A DNA stretch of 55,020 nt from Candidatus Kaiserbacteria bacterium. Its GTDB lineage: Bacteria; Patescibacteriota; Minisyncoccia; Phycocordibacterales; UBA2100. The stretch spans positions 1 to 55,020 of the forward strand of contig JALWTP010000025.1 of NCBI GenBank assembly GCA_027082835.1, read 5' to 3'. The position numbers and the translations under genes were made by a program. Shown here one piece after another: positions 49,790 through 55,020 of the stretch. The number at the start of each line of letters is the position of its first letter. Within the stretch, counting starts at the first letter, position 1. The notes below the pieces were generated by a model. It was not told where the DNA came from. It was given only the letters and a program-made list of their open reading frames with translations, and did no database searches.

Positions 49790-50806
49790 TCACCTCCGTT
49801 TCTTGGAGGTGGAGATAGCGGCGCCTTTGGCGAAGTCGCCAGCATTTCCGCGAGTGACTACTATGTCGATTTTGCCGGCATCAGCGAGTACATTTTCCTC
49901 GACTTTGTCGATATCAACACCGGGGTTCTCGTCTTGCAATTTGCGTCGTTGTTTGACACGAGTTGCAATTGCCCTCTCGCGTGACTCTTGTTGGCGCTCT
50001 TCGGACTTCGCCGCGGCCACATCGTCCGGCTCGTTTATGTTGGTGACATTGACGCCACCATTGGGGATAAAGACCCCCAAAAGCATCAACTGTCGGCGAA
50101 TCGTTTTCTCAGAATCACCCCCTGAGAAAGAGAATCGTACGAACGATTCGCCTTCAGCAGGATCAGCCGGAATGAGGACCTCATCTTGCTCGCCACTGAG
50201 CACATCCGAGAGTCGCTTGTGCATATCACGCACTTCCATGACCTCATCGTCCTCATAGAGTCCGATGTATTTGCGCACAGTGGCCTCTATGACTTTTTTG
50301 AGTGCCGCCTCAGGATTGCCAGATGAGCCGATGGAACGCACATACAGCAAAGGCCACCGCACATACCACCGACGGATTTCCACCCAAACGGTGAAGCGGG
50401 TGCCGTTCTTGGTCTCCACATCTTGAATGGGGAACTCTTCCATATTGCGTTCGCCGATGGCGACGCGGATGTTGAGTTTGCCAAACAAGAGGCGAGACCA
50501 GTAGCACTGAATGCCACTGGGACCGAGCCAACGCTCGTCGTACCCGCCAAGAAAGGTAGGGACTGCATTCAGCGGTGCTTGTACATTCCAGAAACTGGTA
50601 AAGAAACCAACCAAGAATCCAAGAATGAACAAGATGACACCGAAAAGCGCGTCGCCACCCGACACGGCGATACCAAGCACGAATGCAATAGCGCCAATGA
50701 TACCTCCAGAAGGGAGACCGTACGCGAATATGCTCTGCAGTTGCGCGGATCGGTTTTCTTTCGGATTCAGAAGAGCTTCGGGGCCGGTTTCTATGTCGGT
50801 ATACAC
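49790..50806 (-). CDS. Membrane protein with an SPFH/band-7-like domain (visibly GC-rich gene)
   Basis: Two TM helices, then a pattern resembling the SPFH core (GPSGIQCYW...DVETKNGTRFTVWVEIRRWYV). GTG start at 50806 with GGAGAA SD preferred over ATG 50914. Confidence 0.45.
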   Translation of the reverse strand: MYTDIETGPEALLNPKENRSAQLQSIFAYGLPSGGIIGAIAFVLGIAVSGGDALFGVILFILGFLVGFFTSFWNVQAPLNAVPTFLGGYDERWLGPSGIQCYWSRLLFGKLNIRVAIGERNMEEFPIQDVETKNGTRFTVWVEIRRWYVRWPLLYVRSIGSSGNPEAALKKVIEATVRKYIGLYEDDEVMEVRDMHKRLSDVLSGEQDEVLIPADPAEGESFVRFSFSGGDSEKTIRRQLMLLGVFIPNGGVNVTNINEPDDVAAAKSEERQQESRERAIATRVKQRRKLQDENPGVDIDKVEENVLADAGKIDIVVTRGNAGDFAKGAAISTSKKRR

Positions 50807-50971
50807 AGCTTTTCTCCTTATTGTCAAAGTATAGCTATCAGTACGATTAGAAATCGCAATGATAGCTATGTGTACAGCTATGGAAATTAGAGCATATATT
50901 ACTTGACAAGTCAACTGTTTTGTGATTAACTTATTGGTAGCAAATCACTGTTTTTTGAATAAGAGGCCGAC

Positions 50972-51721
50972 ATGGCTACCACCAAAAAATCGACGACCGC
51001 GAAAAAAATCACGAAAGCGGCACAAAAGCCGCGCTTCGTTCGTCGCGACGACCGGGAGGTCGCCGTCTACATGACGAAAAACGCCGCCGGCGCGCGGATC
51101 TTCCGCGAATGCCGGCGCAACGAAAATGGCGTGCAACCCATCGTTGCGCGCCGCGATGTGGTTTACGCGGACACCGGCAAGCCGGTGGTCGTGAAGACCC
51201 GTGTCACACAACTGAAGGATCTGGAAGCGATGGATACCACGCTTCGACCTCCGTCAGAATCTGAGGGCACCAAGCGTGTCCAAGAATTGGAGGATTTTCT
51301 CCGCAAACTGGAGGCGGGAAAAACGGAAAAACTGAAAGAGAAAAAGAAAGAAGGTGGAAGGATGAGAAAAATCTTCCAATCGGTAGTTGGGGTCGCCGCG
51401 GTCATCTTGCTGGCCATCGCCTTCTTTTGGGTGTACCAGCAGGTAACCGTCGGATCTGTGTCGTCGTCGCGTACCGCGACGACGACCACGGTGACTCCCG
51501 GTACTGCTCCGACACCAACTCGCACCACCGCATCCGAATGGACGCCGCGGGATCGCGCAGTTTTTGACCGCGTAGCAAATCGGCGGTTTGCCCGTAGCTC
51601 GGGTATTGTTGCCAGTTGTTATTCGCAGCAAGGACGGATTCGTTGCCCGAGCGGGACGCCACGCGCGCCGGTGGAGGCGGTGAAGTATGCCGCCTTTCAG
51701 GCGGTGCTTGACAGCAGGTAG
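50972..51721 (+). CDS. Hypothetical single-pass membrane protein (visibly GC-rich gene)
   Basis: Lys-rich N-terminus, one TM (VVGVAAVILLAIAFFWVY), T/P-rich linker. AGAGG SD-like upstream. Confidence 0.5.
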   Translation: MATTKKSTTAKKITKAAQKPRFVRRDDREVAVYMTKNAAGARIFRECRRNENGVQPIVARRDVVYADTGKPVVVKTRVTQLKDLEAMDTTLRPPSESEGTKRVQELEDFLRKLEAGKTEKLKEKKKEGGRMRKIFQSVVGVAAVILLAIAFFWVYQQVTVGSVSSSRTATTTTVTPGTAPTPTRTTASEWTPRDRAVFDRVANRRFARSSGIVASCYSQQGRIRCPSGTPRAPVEAVKYAAFQAVLDSR

Positions 51722-51733
51722 CTGATGAACGCC

Positions 51734-51761
51734 AAAAGGGCCGCAGAAATGCGGCCCTTTT
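51734..51761 (+). terminator. Rho-independent terminator
   Basis: AAAAGGGCCGC-agaaat-GCGGCCCTTTT. Confidence 0.75.
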
Positions 51762-51820
51762 ACTTATATACTTGACATATAGTATAACTATGATATAGTT
51801 ATGTTTATAATTACATTTTT

Positions 51821-52897
51821 ATGAAAAACAATTTAAACAAAGTATTTATAACCATTTTTGTCGTATCAGCTACTCTTTTTGGAGGAGTTGCGACTTCGTA
51901 TGCGCAAATGGTTGACTACGGTGGCTTGAATGACTATTCAAACTACGGCGGACTAAACGACTACCAAAACTACGGCGGTCTTAATGACTATACAAACTAC
52001 GGCGGGTTAAACGACTATGTAGACTACGGAGGTCTTAATGACTATGTCGACTATGGTGGTATAAATGATTACACAAAATCTGGTGGTTATTACAGTGGTA
52101 TAAATGATTACACAACATCAGATTCATATACAACAACAAACGATACTGTCACATATGACTACATTGATACGACTTATGACTACATTGACACTACACCAAC
52201 ATGGAATTGGAATATATATTTCAAGAAGCGATATGCATATTCACTCCCTCCTACGGTGAAAATAGTACAAAAAAATCAAAATTCAGATGTACTTGCTGAC
52301 TATTACAATACAACACACAGCAAATACAAGAATACAGGACCTGTAGTGCCGACATTGACAATTGTGCAGAATCAGCAAAGTGGTAATGTGCTTAATGACT
52401 ACAACAACGCAACACGCAACGCATCGGTGCAATCGCCCGTTCCTACATTTGAAATAGTGCAAAAGCCACAAACTTCAAGTGTTATTGCTGACTATATAAA
52501 AGAGACGCAGTATGACAAACCTCAAACTGCAACAGTGGTGCATCCGCGCGTATACCAATATGCAACTAATCCCACACCTGTGGTATATCAAACCAACTAC
52601 ACCCCCGCATACGACTATGTTCGCATCAACCAAGTACCCTACACCGGAACAAATGATGTAGCGTATGTACTCACCCTCATTGCAGTAGCACTTGCCTCAG
52701 TAGGAGCAGTAGTCTACTTTAGAGGAAACATCGCCTACGCATTTGCAGGACTCACTGGAAACACTCCCGTAACACTCAGTGAAGAGGTAAAGGAAGATAC
52801 TGAAAATGAGAATGAAAACGAAACAGAAGGTGACGACAACAACACACCAACACTCTCACTGATAAACGACGAAAACGGTCCACGACTTTCATTTTAA
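51821..52897 (+). CDS. Repeat-rich surface protein (YGGLNDY repeats) with a VPYTG-TM C-terminal module and acidic tail
   Basis: Signal peptide; six Y-G-G-[LI]-N-D-Y octad repeats plus one degenerate SGINDY copy; three IVQ-x-Q-x-S-x-V-[LI]-x-DY repeats; QVPYTG followed by TM VAYVLTLIAVALASVGAVVYF. Confidence 0.6.
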   Translation: MKNNLNKVFITIFVVSATLFGGVATSYAQMVDYGGLNDYSNYGGLNDYQNYGGLNDYTNYGGLNDYVDYGGLNDYVDYGGINDYTKSGGYYSGINDYTTSDSYTTTNDTVTYDYIDTTYDYIDTTPTWNWNIYFKKRYAYSLPPTVKIVQKNQNSDVLADYYNTTHSKYKNTGPVVPTLTIVQNQQSGNVLNDYNNATRNASVQSPVPTFEIVQKPQTSSVIADYIKETQYDKPQTATVVHPRVYQYATNPTPVVYQTNYTPAYDYVRINQVPYTGTNDVAYVLTLIAVALASVGAVVYFRGNIAYAFAGLTGNTPVTLSEEVKEDTENENENETEGDDNNTPTLSLINDENGPRLSF

Positions 52898-52920
52898 TCA
52901 CAGTCAACGACTCGTAACAC

Positions 52921-52950
52921 AAAACCCCGCACGCAAGCGTGCGGGGTTTT
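52921..52950 (+). terminator. Rho-independent terminator
   Basis: AAAACCCCGCACGC-aa-GCGTGCGGGGTTTT. Confidence 0.8.
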
Positions 52951-53230
52951 GTTGTATCATCACAGCATTAGGCGAAGAGAAGGAAGAAAAGATTGGCGAG
53001 TGACCCAGGAGACTCCTGGTCCACTGGTTCAAAAAACTAGCGATTAATCGCTACATTATTGCTTGTTTAGACGATGTATTTGAGTGTGGTGCAATACTTG
53101 ACAAGGTATTGACATTTTAGGCATTAAATGTTAGTATTTAGGCAGTTAAATGCTCCTTTTGATCACACTACTTGGTTAGACAGGAGCGTTTTGTTTTTTA
53201 AGTCAACAAAGAAAGAGAGAGGAGAGCGTT

Positions 53231-53731
53231 ATGACACGCATTTTCTTCGGCGTCATCACGGCGCTTTTCATTGGGTTTGTGGCTGGCTTCACGCCGGCGA
53301 CCGCAACCGCGGGTACTGCCTGTCCGCCCAGTATGCAGGCAATAAATGCATGCTCCGCGTGGCATCGGGCGCAACAGTTGCCGGCGTACACCGGTAAACT
53401 CGCGCAGACGCGCGAGCCGGTCTCGTGCGCCAAGATGATGCAGAGGGAGCCGTCGGCTCTTCTGCTGTATCGGGGGCGGTATGTCCGCAATCCCGATAAG
53501 CGCGGAGTGCGAGTCATCACCCGCTTCCGCAATGTTGGCTGGAAGCGGGAGGGGGGCGTGTTCACCAAGGTGATCTGTGTCCCCAAGCAGTGGATGCGAA
53601 CCGTGAGCGACTTCACGGTTTGTGGGTCCGTTGGACATTACTACTTCAACGGGACCGAAGCTAGCTACTTCAAACGCCAGCACGGCCGACTGACGAGCGA
53701 TGATATAGCTCGGATGTGGAAAGGGGGGTAA
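53231..53731 (+). CDS. Small secreted Cys-containing hypothetical protein (visibly GC-rich gene)
   Basis: GAGAGGAGAG SD; signal peptide MTRIFFGVITALFIGFVAGFTPATATA; 166 aa. Confidence 0.55.
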   Translation: MTRIFFGVITALFIGFVAGFTPATATAGTACPPSMQAINACSAWHRAQQLPAYTGKLAQTREPVSCAKMMQREPSALLLYRGRYVRNPDKRGVRVITRFRNVGWKREGGVFTKVICVPKQWMRTVSDFTVCGSVGHYYFNGTEASYFKRQHGRLTSDDIARMWKGG

Positions 53732-53758
53732 ATCTTCCTTTCACTCCAAAAGTGGAAT

Positions 53759-53786
53759 CGGCAGAAAACCATCAGGTTTTCTGCCG
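53759..53786 (+). terminator. Terminator-like hairpin
   Basis: CGGCAGAAAACC-atca-GGTTTTCTGCCG; no clear T-run. Confidence 0.5.
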
Positions 53787-53862
53787 GCACCATATTTATT
53801 ATTTTTGATTTTCTTGTGTACTGGTGTAGATAAGAAAATTAAGAGATAACAAATATTTAAGT

Positions 53863-55020
53863 ATGACTTTTATTAAAAACAATATTACATATATAGCCAT
53901 TACTTTTGCGATTCTTATCGTAGGTATATTTGCAGTGCTTCCCGTACTATCAAATGGCAATGGACAAGTCGGGATTTCAAATATCTCACTTTCATCTAAC
54001 TCTGTGGCACTTGCATATGGTGGAGGAGGTGGAGATGGAGGTTGTTGCGGAGGTGGAAATACCGGTGGATTTTTTGGCGGCGGAGAGGGTAATCCTCTCG
54101 TTACTCCTCCTACTCCGCCTACTCCTGCACCTTCGTGTACGATAAGCAGCTCTCCATCTACGATTAACAATGGACAAAGTACTACACTTTCTTGGACATC
54201 ACGCAATGCACAGAGTGCTCGTATTGATAATAGTATAGGAAGTGTTTCTACTGATGGTTCGGTTAGTGTTACTCCAAGTGCTTCAACAATATATACTATG
54301 ACCGTAACTGGTGCTGGAGGAACGGCAAGTTGTAGTACTCGCGTGCTGGTAACAACACCACCTCCCGTACACGCACCAACTTGTTATCTTGATACCAACA
54401 AAACATCAGTACAAAAAGGTGACTCGGTAACCTTCTCGTGGGGTTCTTCATACGCAAATCGTGCCACTTTCTCTACTTTTGGTAGTGTAAGCACCGTAGG
54501 ATCACGCGTGGTGTATCCACAAACCAGTGGAAACTATACACTTACCGTATACGGAAATGGGGGGCAGCAAACCTGTTCTGCGCATATATCGGTATATACT
54601 CCACCAATTATTCATCATAATCCGCCTTCTTGTACTATCAATACGAATGTGAGTTCGGTACAGGCGGGAAATCCGGTGAATCTATCATGGAGTTCTACTA
54701 ACGCAACTTCTGCATATATAAACGAAGGTATAGGAAGTGTATCTTTTTATGGTAGCCGTACTGTATACCCATACAACACAAAGAATTACATAATGACGGT
54801 ATACAATGCATCGGGTGAGCGGGCTACCTGTACGAAGACAGTCGGTGTATATACCACTCCAGTGGTGTATCATCCGCCGATAGTTACTGTCGCTCAAACC
54901 AACTACACCCCCGCATACGACTATGTTCGCATCAACCAAGTACCCTACACCGGAACAAATGATGTAGCGTATGTACTCACCCTCATTGCAGTAGCACTTG
55001 CCTCAGTAGGAGCAGTAGTC
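53863..55020 (+). CDS. Surface protein with a Gly/Cys-rich segment, three Cys-bracketed Ig-like repeats and the same VPYTG-TM module (3' end outside the window)
   Basis: ATG 53863 stays open to the window end in frame (not in the ORF track because there is no stop). N-terminal TM; three repeats of about 75-80 aa, each bracketed by Cys (first: SCTISSSPSTINNGQSTTLSWTS...C); C-terminus identical to 52588-52714. Confidence 0.65.
   Translation, partial: MTFIKNNITYIAITFAILIVGIFAVLPVLSNGNGQVGISNISLSSNSVALAYGGGGGDGGCCGGGNTGGFFGGGEGNPLVTPPTPPTPAPSCTISSSPSTINNGQSTTLSWTSRNAQSARIDNSIGSVSTDGSVSVTPSASTIYTMTVTGAGGTASCSTRVLVTTPPPVHAPTCYLDTNKTSVQKGDSVTFSWGSSYANRATFSTFGSVSTVGSRVVYPQTSGNYTLTVYGNGGQQTCSAHISVYTPPIIHHNPPSCTINTNVSSVQAGNPVNLSWSSTNATSAYINEGIGSVSFYGSRTVYPYNTKNYIMTVYNASGERATCTKTVGVYTTPVVYHPPIVTVAQTNYTPAYDYVRINQVPYTGTNDVAYVLTLIAVALASVGAVV
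54894..55020 (+). repeat. 127-bp exact copy of 52588-52714 (C-terminal anchor module)
   Basis: Base-by-base comparison shows identity from tcaaaccaactac... to ...agcagtagtc; truncated by the window end. Confidence 0.9.

Noticed and set aside
53231-53731. LPAYTG in the small secreted GC-rich protein as a sortase sorting signal
   Set aside because: The motif is internal (around residue 50) and is not followed by a hydrophobic helix or a C-terminal position.
52588-55020. Possible diversity-generating retroelement TR/VR pair (two ~127-bp near-identical segments at protein C-termini)
   Set aside because: The copies are identical rather than differing at adenines. Both lie in coding C-terminal anchor regions, and no reverse transcriptase gene is present.

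Overview
AT-rich 55 kb bacterial chromosomal window. The gene style (short housekeeping genes, a compact type IV pilus cluster, minimal PheRS, EF-Ts and RF2, many small membrane proteins) suggests a reduced-genome Patescibacteria/CPR-like organism. That assignment is inference only; no search was run. The standard genetic code appears to apply: RF1 and RF2 are both present and TGA closes ORFs such as ligA. Gene order: pilT-pilC-pilin-pilD plus 4 minor pilins; ligA; gatC-gatA; a tRNA and homing-endonuclease region (10.0-12.5 kb); a flavoprotein; two tRNA-Thr; prfB, ftsEX, pyrG; a metal-homeostasis neighbourhood (DUF302, CsoR-like, CcdA-like, thioredoxin-like, ZIP); a DNA-repair cluster (dinB, nth, mutY-like); MFS, RNase J, a peptide-binding SBP, secG; bL25, a secreted lytic transglycosylase, bL31, prfA, rpsB, tsf; tRNA-Thr(UGU) surrounded by copies of its own halves; GT2, pheST, gyrB; and an accessory-looking end (47.9-55 kb) with a CARDB protein, a sortase, visibly GC-rich genes and repeat-rich surface proteins. 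The most unusual item is a pair of homologous, covarying structured elements behind tRNA-Met and tRNA-Asp. Each tRNA is preceded by a LAGLIDADG endonuclease gene. Each element contains a box antisense to the T-arm of its own tRNA and a partial tRNA 3' duplicate at the same 212-bp offset. I do not recognise this as a described RNA family or mobile element. Other notable items are the tRNA-Thr half-gene arrays, an 18-T tract inside a signal peptide, GC-rich islands, and a 127-bp identical C-terminal anchor module shared by two surface proteins next to a sortase.
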